DNA of 32,225 nt from positions 17,203,704 through 17,235,928 of the forward strand of contig NC_068984.1 of assembly GCF_001194135.2 (NCBI RefSeq), read 5' to 3'. Positions 21,510 to 32,152 of this stretch are shown here, piece after piece (position 1 is the first letter of the stretch; every line of letters begins with the position of its first letter). Source of the stretch: Octopus bimaculoides (lineage: Eukaryota). A program made the position numbers and the translations under genes. Below the pieces are notes generated by a model. The model was not told the origin of the DNA, ran no database searches, and was given only the letters and a program-made list of their open reading frames with translations.

Positions 21510-21656
21510 ATCATCATCATCATCATCATCATCATCGTCGTCGTTTAATGTCCGCTTTCCATGCTAGCATGGGTTGGACGATTTGACTGAGGACTGGCGA
21601 ACCGGATGGCTGCACTAGGCTCCAATCTGATTTGGCAGAGTTTCTACAGCTGGATA
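21510..21656 (-). mobile_element. RTE-LINE-type 3' end starting about 12 nt into intron 6
   Basis: (CAT)n(CGT)n TTTAATGTCCGCTTTCCATGCTAGCATGGG... An older related remnant follows at about 21690-21770 and another at about 22220-22340. Confidence 0.82.
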
Positions 21657-22479
21657 GCATTACAAGATACGATGAAAAGACAAACACATATCATCATCAT
21701 CATCAGTATCATCATTTTAATGACCATTTTTTCCCCTGTGTATCAAGGCAGATTTTCTACAGCTGGCATAGGTTGGAAAGGTCTTCATCAGTGCAACCAT
21801 GTGGTTTTGGGTTCAAACCTACAGCAACTTGCAGATGTTTGTAGTAACACACCTGTATTTTGTATTTCATTTCACTTGATGCCAGGTGGCAGTAGTGCTG
21901 TCTAAAGGCTGGGGCACATTGAGCTGTTGCTCAGGAGCCTCACAGGTCTAGGGGTCCAATTCCAATCTATGTATGCTTTGCCTCGCTGTCATTAAATTAA
22001 TGCTAAAGGGCCAAGTACATTGATTTGGTTAGGGACCTACAATGCTTGTAAGACAGCCCTGGCTGCAGAATCTTTAGTACATTGGACAAAATGCTTAGTG
22101 GCATTTCTTCCAGCTTTTACAGTCTGAGTTCAAATCCTGCCAAGGTCAACTTTGCCTTTCATCCCTTCAGGGTTGATAAAATAAAATATCAGTCAAATAG
22201 TGGTGAAGTTGTTTTGTCCCATCATCATCGTCGTCATCGTCGCCGTCGCCGCCGCCAGAGTTTCTACGGCTGGATGCCCTTCCTAACACCAACCGCCCTG
22301 CAGAGTGAAGTGAGTGCTTTTTGTGTGGCACCAGTACAGGCGAGGTCAGTTTCTCAAAATTGCTGGCCTTGAATCCTGCAACTGACCAGCATTCCATTCA
22401 AGGGGGGTGTTGTGATCCCAGTCACTTATAAGCCATGGAAACCAGGTAACCAGCCCCATAAGTCCTAGGACTCAAGAGT

Positions 22480-22803
22480 GAAGGTAGATGGCTTAGTGGT
22501 TAGGGTATTCAGGTCACGGTCATATCATTGTGAGTTCAATTCCCGGTAGTGCCTTGTGTCCTTGAGCAAGACACTTTACTTCTCCTTGCTCCAGTCCACT
22601 CAGCTGGCAACAATGTGTTGTACATGCATTTCATAGGGGCCAGCTTTGTCACCTTCTGTGTCATGCTCAATCTCCCTGAGATCTACATGAAGGGTACGTG
22701 TGAATGTGGAGTGCTCAACCACTTCCATGTTAATTTCATGAACAGGCTGTTCCATGAATTGGATCAACTAGAACCATCATTGTCGTAACTGACAGAGTGC
22801 CAA
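22480..22803 (+). mobile_element. tRNA-derived SINE, head H2 + body X
   Basis: TGGCTTAGTGGTTAGGG...GAGTTCAATTCC...TCCTTGAGCAAGACAC, then a body colinear with the reverse complement of 5548-5720. Confidence 0.8.
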
Positions 22804-23036
22804 GGGGGTTCAAGAAAAAAAAAAAAAAATCCCAACCTAATAGTCCAAATTTCTTATGCTAAAAGACCATTCAAATAGAATATTCTGGAAATAAAAATAG
22901 AATATTCTGGAAATAAAAAGAGAATAGTGAAACATATGTGTTCTGATATTATAAAAATTATTTCTGATGTTTAAATCATGTACTTAATTCAGTTAGAAAA
23001 TGGTAACAGCTGTGTTTCTCTTTTATTTCTTTGCAG

Positions 23037-23101
23037 GTTTTGTTGATGATGGTGATGTGAAAAAGTGGTCAATGTTTAAAGAAATCAAGCATAGTTTGTA
23101 A
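23037..23101 (+). CDS. LACTB2: LACTB2 terminal coding exon 7 (SFVDDGDVKKWSMFKEIKHSL*)
   Basis: Long polypyrimidine tract with TTTGCAG|GT, phase 1 compatible with exon 6, conserved KKW, and TAA at 23099-23101. Confidence 0.9.
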
Positions 23102-23562
23102 TATGAATACATACAGCAACAAAAATATTTCAATCCGGTGTTTAAAGCTTATATTTAAAATGAGTTTGATAATTTCTTCTGTTTGTTTGTCTGTCTGTGT
23201 CTCTGACGTATGCATGAAGGCACTTGCGTGAGAATTATCTCCCTTTGAATCGTGTTTATCGCTCTGAGATGACGAACCTGTAAATTGACAATAACTATTT
23301 TGTCTCTGAATTCTGTTGTAGAATGTTTCATTATCAATGCGAAAGATGGTATCATTCGTATGATAAAACAAAACGAAACGAATTGTAACCAGTGAAATAC
23401 ATTGGAAAACTAAATACAACACGAGATAGTTTGGTCAATACTAATATGATTTTATACTTTCGTATTAGCATTTCTCGAATTTGTTATAAGAAATTCAAGT
23501 CCAAATTAGTTCTTTATGAACTTAGAAGCTTGTGTTAGTCTGCTGTTAAGAAGCCAATTTGC

Positions 23563-23669
23563 TATATACATGTTACTATATACATGTTACTATATACATG
23601 TTACTTAATATACGTGTTACTTAATATACGTGTTACTTAATATACATGTTACTTATATACACATGTACT
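23563..23669. repeat. 14/16-bp minisatellite (TATATACATGTTAC / TTAATATAC(A/G)TGTTAC) in the putative 3'UTR
   Basis: Three 14-mers, three 16-mers and one degenerate unit. Confidence 0.85.
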
Positions 23670-23680
23670 TATTTTGCATG

Positions 23681-23686
23681 AATAAA
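23681..23686 (+). promoter_or_regulatory. Candidate LACTB2 polyadenylation signal AATAAA
   Basis: Canonical AATAAA about 580 nt after the stop codon, followed by T-rich sequence. There is no transcript evidence. Confidence 0.5.
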
Positions 23687-23762
23687 AGAAAACGAATCAA
23701 TTTTAATCATCAGCTTTTTTAACCAAATATTCCACTTTTATGCTTTAATATTTGTTGTCTTT

Positions 23763-24135
23763 TAAGGGAGCAAGCTGGCGGAATTGTTAGCATGCTGGGC
23801 AAAATGCTTAGTGGCACTTCGTCCATCTTTACGTTTGGAGTTCAAATCCTGCTGAAGTCAACTTTGCCTTTCATCTTTTCAGGATCGATAACATAAGTAC
23901 CAGTTGAACACTGGGGTCGCCATAATCCACTCAAACCCTCCCCTAAAATAGCTGACCTTGTGTCAAAATTTGAAACAAATATATTTGTTGTCTTTGAGTT
24001 CAAATTCCGCTGAGGTTGACTTTGTTTTTCATCCTTCCAGGGTCAATAAAATAAATACCAGTTAAGCAGTGGGGTTGATTTAATTGGGTTACCCCTTCAC
24101 TGAACTTGCTGGCCTTGTGCCAAAATTCGAGATCT
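23763..24135 (+). mobile_element. Two tandem SINE family D copies (23763-23980 full; 23996-24135 5'-truncated) separated and flanked by the same target sequence
   Basis: ATATTTGTTGTCTTT at 23748-23762 and 23981-23995; ATATTTGTTGTCT at 24136-24148. Confidence 0.82.
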
Positions 24136-24549
24136 ATATTTGTTGTCTATTCATTTTTTTTACCTTTTGGTACCATATCTGATGGCACATAAGACTCCCC
24201 CCCCCCACCTAATGTCTCTAAAACATCAACCTAGGTTTTATATCCGTAGTTAAACTCCTTCATAAGCTTTAATGCCCTAAAAACTTTTTTTTAATCTGAA
24301 TATGTGCTTCTGAAGTTGGTGCATGTCTAATATCCTGTGTATCTTTTATGCAATCAAATATTGCAGTTAGAAGACATTAGCAATGCAAATTCCATAATAA
24401 TTCCATGTTGAATTTCTATTAATTTATTTTTATTCTTTAAATATTACAAGCAAATTCTTTCACAATGGTTCGAAAATTGTATTTCGTTTGCTAATGTATT
24501 TCACTAATTCCTGACATAACCAGTCTTGCAAATATTTGAGTAAACATGA

Positions 24550-24844
24550 ACTGTGATGTTTAAGGTGCAAAACTGGCAACAATTAACGAATTGAGTGCAG
24601 CCATTGAATGAGAATGCACACAAATACTGAACGTAATGTTTCTTGATGTTTGCAATTCTATTGCTTTGTGTTATCAGCAATGCCTGGGCCAGAACAGTCA
24701 TAAGTTTGAAAACAGGCATTCATAAAAAAAATAAGATGAAATTCTGTAAATGTTTATATTAAATTTTGAAAATGAAAACTATTTTAATAAACACTGATTA
24801 AAAATCATTCTATGTGTATATTCGTCTTTTTGGGGACACCCTGT
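24550..24844 (+). mobile_element. Tc1/mariner-superfamily transposon 3' remnant (transposase C-terminus plus right TIR)
   Basis: KLATINELSAAIE*ECTQILNVMFLDVCNSIALCYQQCLGQNSHKFENRHS* resembles the Tc1/mariner C-terminus. It ends in TTTTTGGGGACACCCTGT, a CAGGGTGTCCC-type TIR. Confidence 0.7.
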
Positions 24845-25474
24845 GTATGTAAATATCTAAATATATATACCAAAAAGCAATCCTGATCTTGGACTTAATC
24901 TGGAAGTTGTATTAAAACACAAAATACTGCATTAGAGGGTCTCTCATATGATGTATAAAAGCACTTGTATTTTTATTGTATTTATATGTCACTATTAATT
25001 ATTATATATATACACACACATACAAAATTATGTATTATATTTTTTTACATAAACTTTGATTACAAATACCTTTTTGAATGACTTCTAAATCGTTTTTCCA
25101 GTAACAATCTATACATTTTGTGAAAGCTGAACCTTACAATCTCTGGCCTCAAACAGTGATAGACACATATGACACATAAAAGCAGCTTCACAAAAATGCC
25201 ATTTCAGATTCAGGGGCCAAAGAGTCCTTCATTACCAGTTGATGATCCACTCCAGGTACACCCTACTCTTGAATACTGCTGGGACAAATCAGGGACAATG
25301 TATTCTGGTAGACACTGGTGTGAAAGAGCACTTGACTATGACTACTGGCACATTCTTACCTCTTCTATGTAGCTTCCTGTCTGCTGGGATCATGAGGCAG
25401 TCTGACAAGCTTTTTTAGACATTTCACTGCTGTGAGAAAGAGGAAAGATTTGATGATTCAGGCAGGGCCTGTCA

Positions 25475-26085
25475 CATGCTAGCATGGGTTGGACGATTTG
25501 ACTGGGGACTGGTGAACCAGATAGCTACACCAGATTCCAATCTGATCTGGCAGAGTTTCTACAGCTGGATGCCCTTCCTAACGCCAACCACTCCGAGAGT
25601 GTAGTGGGTGCTTTCTACGTGCCACCAGCACAAAGGCCAGTCAGGTGGTACTGGCAACGGCCATGCTCAAATGGTGTTTTTTTACGTGCCATCTGCACAG
25701 GAGTCAGTCCAATGTTTTGTTCACATACCACTGGCACTAGGGCCAGTAAGGCGAAGCTGGAAACGATCGTGCTGAAATGGTGCTTTTTATATGCCACCGG
25801 CATGGAAGCGAGACCGCTGCTCTGGCAGTGATCCTGCTCAGATGGTGCTGTTAGCGCTCCACTGGCACGGGTGCCAGTCATCAAATTTGGTTCAGTTTCA
25901 ATCTGATCTCACTTGCCCCAACAGGTCTTTGCAAGCTGAGTTTAGTGTCCAATGAAGGAAGGTTGGCATGGGTGCCAATCAACAAATTTGGTTCAATTTT
26001 CGATTTTGATTTCACTTGCCTCAACAGGTCTTCGCAAGCAGGGTTTTGTGTCCAAAGAAGGAAAGGTACGCATAAGTGGGCTAGC
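25475..26085 (-). mobile_element. RTE-LINE-type 3' end, long copy lacking the (GAT)n tail
   Basis: Colinear with 18840-19450. It begins within the palindrome at CATGCTAGCATGGG. Confidence 0.83.
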
Positions 26086-26504
26086 TACCTGTACGTAAAG
26101 GAACAGTTTGGAGAATTAAACAGACAACGCAAGAACAGTAAGATGTTGATTGTCTTAGGTACCTATTGATAGATTTCTTTCATTTAAATTTATTTTTCCA
26201 CTATCTGGTATTTTATCACTGCTCCCCTACCACATACAATTAACAACTAAATGCCTCTCTTCTTTTTGTTATCCTTACTGTATATCACAGATTCTTAGTT
26301 TACCATTTGGATTTTTTTTCTTCAAGATTCTGCATCGCCGTGGAATGTCCTCCCTATCATGTCTTTTTTTCAAACACCAATCAGCAGAAAATAAAAATTG
26401 AATGTCAATCTGATTGAACTAACTTTATCCTCCATTCTAGTTATGCTTGCATAGACTGCTCATAGCTTACCTGTTTTTCTCCTCACAATAAATTGTTTAA
26501 AATT

Positions 26505-26880
26505 TAGGTTTTTTGGGGAGGGAATTAATATCATCAATCCCAGTAATTGACTAGTACTTTATTTTATTGATCTTATGGGGGATCAAAGGCAAAGTTGACT
26601 TTGGCAAGATTTGAACTGTGAACGTAAAGTGTCATAACTAAATACCATGTGGCACTTTGACCAATGCTCTAACGATTCTGCCAATCCATCACTCTTAAAG
26701 AGTTGCTTCTAATTTAGGTACAAAGCCAGCAATTTTGAGGGGAGGGGTGTTAATCAATAGTGTCGATCCCAGTGCTCAATTGGTAGTTTATTTTAGCAAA
26801 CCTGGAGGGTTGAAAGGCAAAGTCGATTTCAGCGTGATTTGAACGCAGAACCTGAAGAACTAGAGGAAATACTGCAGGAA
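26505..26880 (-). mobile_element. Two tandem diverged SINE family D copies (about 26505-26690 and 26700-26880)
   Basis: Each contains AAAGGCAAAGT(T/C)GA...ATTTGAAC. Confidence 0.65.
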
Positions 26881-27424
26881 TTTTTTTCTGATATTCTACT
26901 GGTTATATCAGCTCACTTTCTAAGGTACGAAAGAAAAATTTCAATGAACAAGATATAGTCAAATAAGTTGATGTAGGGGAGATAATTTACAACGAAGGGA
27001 AAGTATTTTTAGTAGATCCAATATTTTACCGTTTAATTATCCTAAAAGAAAAAGCAGATTACGAAAACATATCTTAATTAAATATTTGTTGCAGTTTGTG
27101 TTTTAGAGACACATTTTATTTCCCAGTTAGAAACATAGGTGACTCGATATAATACATCCAGTCCATGGTGCAAATTAGTTTTGCTTTTTTCTTAGGTAGA
27201 TAAACTGGTGAAGATATTTTTGTTTGGTTTTTAACTTATTTGATGATATATATATAAGACGTATTTTTTTTCCTTGCAAAATGTCTGAAAAATGTCACCC
27301 CTGGTCCTATACGCAAATTTGAACTTATTTTACATGCTTTGATATGAATGCATTAAAGCATGTAGACAAAGAGTCTTTTTTTCTAAATATGAGCGGCTGA
27401 AATCCTGATGCATCTAATATGCCT

Positions 27425-27683
27425 GTGGGGGAAATAAACACACCAACACCGGTTATCAAGCAGTGGCGGGGGACAAACACACACACATGCATGCACGTGC
27501 GCACACACACATACATATGCGTCAGGTTTCTTTCAGTTTCTCTCTACCAAATCCACTTGCAAAGCTTTGGTTAGCCTGAGGCTATAGTAGGAGACACTTG
27601 CCCAAGGTGCCACACAATGGGACTGAACCTGGAACCATGTAGTTGAAAAGCAAGCTTCTTACCACACAGCCACACCTGCACCT
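27425..27683 (-). mobile_element. SINE family A
   Basis: Reverse complement of 31271-31530, including the internal CA/TG tract. Confidence 0.8.
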
Positions 27684-27711
27684 AATGCAGATTGAATTTG
27701 TGTTTGTATCC

Positions 27712-27886
27712 ACTCTCTGAGTGGTTGGCGTTAGGAAGGGCATCCAGCTGTAGAAACTCTGCCAAATTTAGATTGGAGCCTGGTGTTGCCATCCGGTTTC
27801 ACCAGTCCTCAGTCAAGTCGTCCAACCCATGCTAGCATGGAAAGCGGACGTTAAACGATGATGATGATGATGATGCTGATGATGAT
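27712..27886 (+). mobile_element. RTE-LINE-type 3' end inserted into the older RTE ORF
   Basis: Standard terminus and tail. ATCCAC occurs on both sides (possible TSD). Confidence 0.82.
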
Positions 27887-28007
27887 CCACAAACAAAATC
27901 TCTATCCTCTGTTAGCCTGTCTTTGATTCCACTATACCTCTTGTGCTCTGCTATATCACATGAGTTACACTGTATAAAATTTCTTTTATTTATATTTGCA
28001 CCTTTTA

Positions 28008-28302
28008 AAGCCTAGCCAGGCTCATGGGCCTAGTTTCCCAGTTTCTATGGTGTATGTGTCCCCCCCCCCCAGCTGGACGGGACACCAGTCCATCACAGCA
28101 TTACTCAAGAAACAGGAAGAAAGAGTGAGAGAAAGTTGTGGTGAAAGAGTACAACAGGGGTCGCCACCACCCCTTGCTGGAGCCTCGTGGAGCTTTAGGT
28201 GTTTTCGCTCAATAAACACACACAACGCCTGGTCTGGGAATCGAAACCGCGATCCTCCGACTGCGAGTCCGCTGCCCTAACCACTGGGCCATTGCGCTTC
28301 CA
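28008..28302 (-). mobile_element. tRNA-derived SINE, head H1 + body Y, inserted in the RTE ORF
   Basis: A box TGGCCCAGTGG and B box GGTTTCGATTCC on the minus strand; colinear with 14664-14923. Confidence 0.88.
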
Positions 28303-29930
28303 CTAAATTTCTACTTACTCCTTTTCTGCATATTGAACAAAACCATTTCCCTGTTGGTATCATTATCCTATCTTCTTTTTTACTAAAACCTTGGTGTTCT
28401 TTAATTTTTCTGTCAGGCTTCTTTATTCTAAATTTTCTTTCTCCATCTGGAATTTTACCTCTAAATCTTCCATGGTCTCAACTATTAGCACTAGGTTATC
28501 GGCATATAGGAGCTCCCATAAGGAGCTGGTCTTAAACTCCTCAGTTATGGTCTGGAGGTCTATATAAAAAGGAGGAGGCTAAGAACTGAGACCTAGTGGA
28601 TACCAACATGCACTCCAAATTCTTCACTGAATTCATTTCCAACTCTCACTTTGCTGATTGCATCTTTGTACACAGCTTGCACAAATCTCACCAGCTGTTC
28701 TTCAACTACCAGACTATAAATCATGGTACACTCTCGATTCAACAGATGCTAAAAAAGGTTTAATAAATATCAGGTATGGAGGTTTACTTTTGGTTAGGAA
28801 CTTTTCTTGTAGTTGTTTTACTATGAAGAGAGCATTAGTGGGACAAACATGAAGTATGTCTTATCTTCTCTACTAGTAACACGGTATTCCTTTTTGTTGT
28901 TCTTTTCCTTCCATTCTTTCCAAGCCTTTCTTTTAGTTTGTGTTTACCCTATCCACTGTAGTCTTTCCCCACAATGTTACTTTTGTTTAGCTGATATCTT
29001 GCTTCAGCCACAGACCTAGTCCACTGCTTTTAGCAAGCTATCACTTAGAAACATTCAGTTATAGTTTCTGTCATCTCTCCTTCTTCATTATAGCATATCA
29101 TTTAGAATCATTCTGATCATATACTTAACAGAAGGACCTTTTAGCTTTCACACCTTCTTCCAGGTTGTTTTAATCTCTCAAACTCATATTCTGAAATCAC
29201 TAATCATCAGTCTATGTTGCGCAGTATAGTCTTCATCAGGGGCTTGGTACATACAATCAGTTGCCTGGCCCAATTTCTGGTTAGAATGAAATCTATCTGG
29301 CTTGCATGTTCATCTGATTGGAAGGTGATCTAGAGGCTGGTTGGTTGATTTCCTAAAATTTGTGTTGCAGATGTTTAGTTCATTTGCATTGCAAAACATC
29401 AGAAACCTTGATCTCTCCTAATTTCTAGAAACATATCCATGACAACTATGGACTCCAGTGTAGCCCTCATGATGCTGCCAACATATCTGTTGAAGTCACT
29501 ATCCAAGATAATGATGTTATATTTTCCGTCTGCAAGGTGGCATGCTGGAGATTCTTAGAGAAGCAAGTTATTAGACAGACTCAATTGTAGAGCATAGGCA
29601 GAGACAACAGTCACTGTTGCTTTTCTTGCAACTAGTCTAAGCGTTATTACTCTGTCACATATTCTGGTTACTTCAGTTACCTTATCTTACCAGTTTTCAG
29701 TCACTAGAATGTCCTCTCTCCCTAAAATAGCATTGCTACCTATTCACATGAATTTGTACTGGTGTTCTTTGTGAGGAGTCTCACTGAGACACTACACCAT
29801 CTTATCTCTTGCACACAACACGCATCTACTTTTCTCTGCTCAAGCCTGTCTATAATCTCACCTGATCTTGTCATTGTGATACTTGTCACTCACCTGATAC
29901 TTGTCACTGTGTCACAATGTCAGGTAGATT

Positions 29931-29976
29931 ACATTAATGGGACAAATCACATTAATGGGACAAATCACATTAATGG
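29931..29976. repeat. 18-bp tandem repeat ACATTAATGGGACAAATC, 2.5 copies
   Basis: Direct reading. Confidence 0.85.
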
Positions 29977-31270
29977 TTACAGCTCTGAGGATTTTTATCT
30001 GATAGGATAAGAAGAGGCTCCCTCTTGGCGGGAGGCCTAATGTTTGATGTATCTTACTTGCGCTTGAAAAGGAATGTACAATCACTTGATCATGGTTCAG
30101 GGGTTCACGTACACAGATGCTTCTCTCTAGCTACCCCATTATTGAACATATTGGGTGTTAGTCCTGTGTATAAAACTAGGTTCTATTATTATTAGGGCAT
30201 ACTGGATTAGGGACAATCAGTGAATTGAAATAGTGCATGATTTTAGCATTTTTTTACAGGCTTGATGCCTTTCTTCTCCTTAACCATTTTTCAGTGTAGA
30301 CTGGGCACATTTTTATGTGCCACCAGCACTAAAGTGGTTGTCTTTCAAGACCAATGTATCCTCACCACTCTTGTTTTTTATTCAGAGTGGCTGCTCTGTA
30401 AGATAGGTTGTCTTCATTATTGTGTACAGAATCTGATCTCCACTCTATGCAAGTAATTTAATCTGCCCTCCTAGATGGTTTGCCTTCACCAGAGCTTATG
30501 ATGTCTTCGTCTAGACTTATAAGTGATTTAATTCAGTTTACAATTCTCCTGGATGGATTGCTAGGATTATGAGTAAGGAGGAGAAGGATGGAGAACATAT
30601 CAGAGGGGGATGAGTTAATAAACAAAACATATGAAATGGAATATAGGGAAGGAGAAAGAGGGACTGATGAGGAACAGAGGAAGAGGAAGTAAGGGTCAAA
30701 ATTGATAGCACACACGCACACACACACACACATGATATATGTGTGGAAAGAGAGAAACAAAGGCAGGAAGAAAAATAAAGAGAAAGTGTGAGCAGGAGAG
30801 AATGTCTGTTGATAACAGCTCCCTTAATTGTTGTTTTTGTTGTTGCTTAGCCCCAGGGCTGTCTTGACTGAGCAGACTATGAGCAAAGACATGATCATCC
30901 CATCCATTTCTCATACATTGGTATATTTCGACCCCTTCCTTTCAAGAATAATAGGTGTATTTGGGGGTGAGTTGGCTGCTATTTCTAGCAGAGTGAGCAA
31001 ACCTTATAAAGATTTTCTTTTTACCATCTTAGTTTAAACTGGAACATAGGTGTCTTCCTTTACAATTAGGTGCGATATATTGATTGAAATGTTGTTTCGT
31101 AATATGCAGGTTGTGAGAAAAAAAAAAAAAAAAAAAAATCAATACCTTTACAGCAGGTCAGGGAAGGTCATCAATATCTGAGTACTATAACCAGCATTTT
31201 ATTAACACTATGAATGCAGGCAACAATAAGATTATATAATGAAACTATATGTTTGCATGTATTTATATAC

Positions 31271-31643
31271 GAGTGGCTGTGTGGTAAGTAGCTTGCTTAC
31301 AAACCACATGGTCCCGGGTTTAGTCCCACTGCGTGGCATCTTGGGCAAGTGCCTTCTACTATAGCCTCGGGCCGACCAATGCCTTGTGAGTGGATTTGGT
31401 AGATGGAAACTGAAAGAAGCCTGTCGTATATATGTATATATATATATGTATGTGTGTATGTGTTTGTATGTCTGTGTTTGTCCCCCCAACATCGCTTGAC
31501 AACCGATGCTGGTGTGTTTACGTCGCCGTAACTTAGCGGTTCGGCAAAAGAAACCGAAAGAATAAGTACTAGGCTTCCAAAGAATAAGTCCTGGGGTCGA
31601 TTTGCTCGACTAAAGGCGGTGCTCCAGCATGGCCACAGTCAAA
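31271..31643 (+). mobile_element. SINE family A, near full length (3' end in gap)
   Basis: tRNA-like head GGCTGTGTGGTAAGTAGCTTGC...CCGGGTTTAGTCCC, internal TA/TG tract and conserved 3' body. Confidence 0.88.
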
Positions 31644-31718
31644 NNNNNNNNNNNNNNNNNNNNNNNNNNNNNNNNNNNNNNNNNNNNNNNNNNNNNNNNN
31701 NNNNNNNNNNNNNNNNNN

Positions 31719-32062
31719 ATATATATATATATATATATACTCATATACATATATACATATATACATATCATAATTTGTTGTTTATTTATATAAATACACT
31801 ATACATACATATATACACATTTATTTATTGGTTTTATACATACCTACATACATACACACATATATCTATGCTCATGTAAAAATATGTGTATGTATATATG
31901 TGTGTGTGTGTATAAAGACACAGCTATCTATCTATCTATCTATTTATCTATCTATCTATATATCTATCTATCTATTTTTTTTCCTTCCCCCTCCAAAAAG
32001 AAAAGCTCTACATTGTATTTGTCCCATCTGTGTTGAGCCCTGTGTGGCTAATATAAGAAATG

Positions 32063-32099
<37 letters not shown>

Positions 32100-32152
32100 A
32101 TCTATCTATCTATCTGTCTGCCTGTCTGTCTGCCTGCCTGTCTGTCTGCCTG

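Larger units (their letters stand above)
785..23101 (+). other. LACTB2: LACTB2 gene span (start codon to stop codon), 7 coding exons, 293 aa
   Basis: Hand splicing gives 122+164+121+103+225+82+65 = 882 nt with compatible phases (2,1,2,0,0,1) and GT-AG introns. The protein is colinear with human LACTB2 as I recall it: [17 protein letters not shown], THWHxDH, TPGHTxDH, FSGD, GEGTT, PGHGP, KKW. Confidence 0.96.
27690..29710 (-). mobile_element. Decayed RTE-clade LINE ORF: endonuclease (about 29110-29710), linker (about 28850-29030), internal deletion, RT (about 28380-28815), Cys/His finger (about 27890-28350)
   Basis: Minus-strand peptides: VTRICDRVITLRLV...VSAYA, IILDSDFNRYVG, SQIDFILTR, QHRLMISDF, KRKAWKEWK, QLQEKFL, VQAVYKDAISKVRVGNEFSEEF, WELLYADNL, KWFCSICRKGVSRN. 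Many stops and frameshifts. Confidence 0.85.

Noticed and set aside
23069-23422. 117-aa antisense ORF overlapping the LACTB2 stop and 3'UTR
   Set aside because: It has no recognisable domain, starts on a non-ATG codon and has low-complexity AT-rich composition.
25360-25429. Minus-strand exon-like segment with CTTTCTCACAG acceptor and GTAAGA donor
   Set aside because: All three frames contain stops and no partner exons were found. It cannot be supported without RNA data.
4420-28280. Recurrent ORFs such as MAEFLQLD..., MRQGWSF..., ...SFRSINTHN...
   Set aside because: They are chance frames in RTE 3'UTR and SINE copies, and differ in frame and stops between copies.
30560-30830. Purine-rich tract and its hydrophobic minus-strand ORFs (similar tract at 19460-19660)
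   Set aside because: This is low-complexity GA-rich sequence, and the ORFs reflect composition only.
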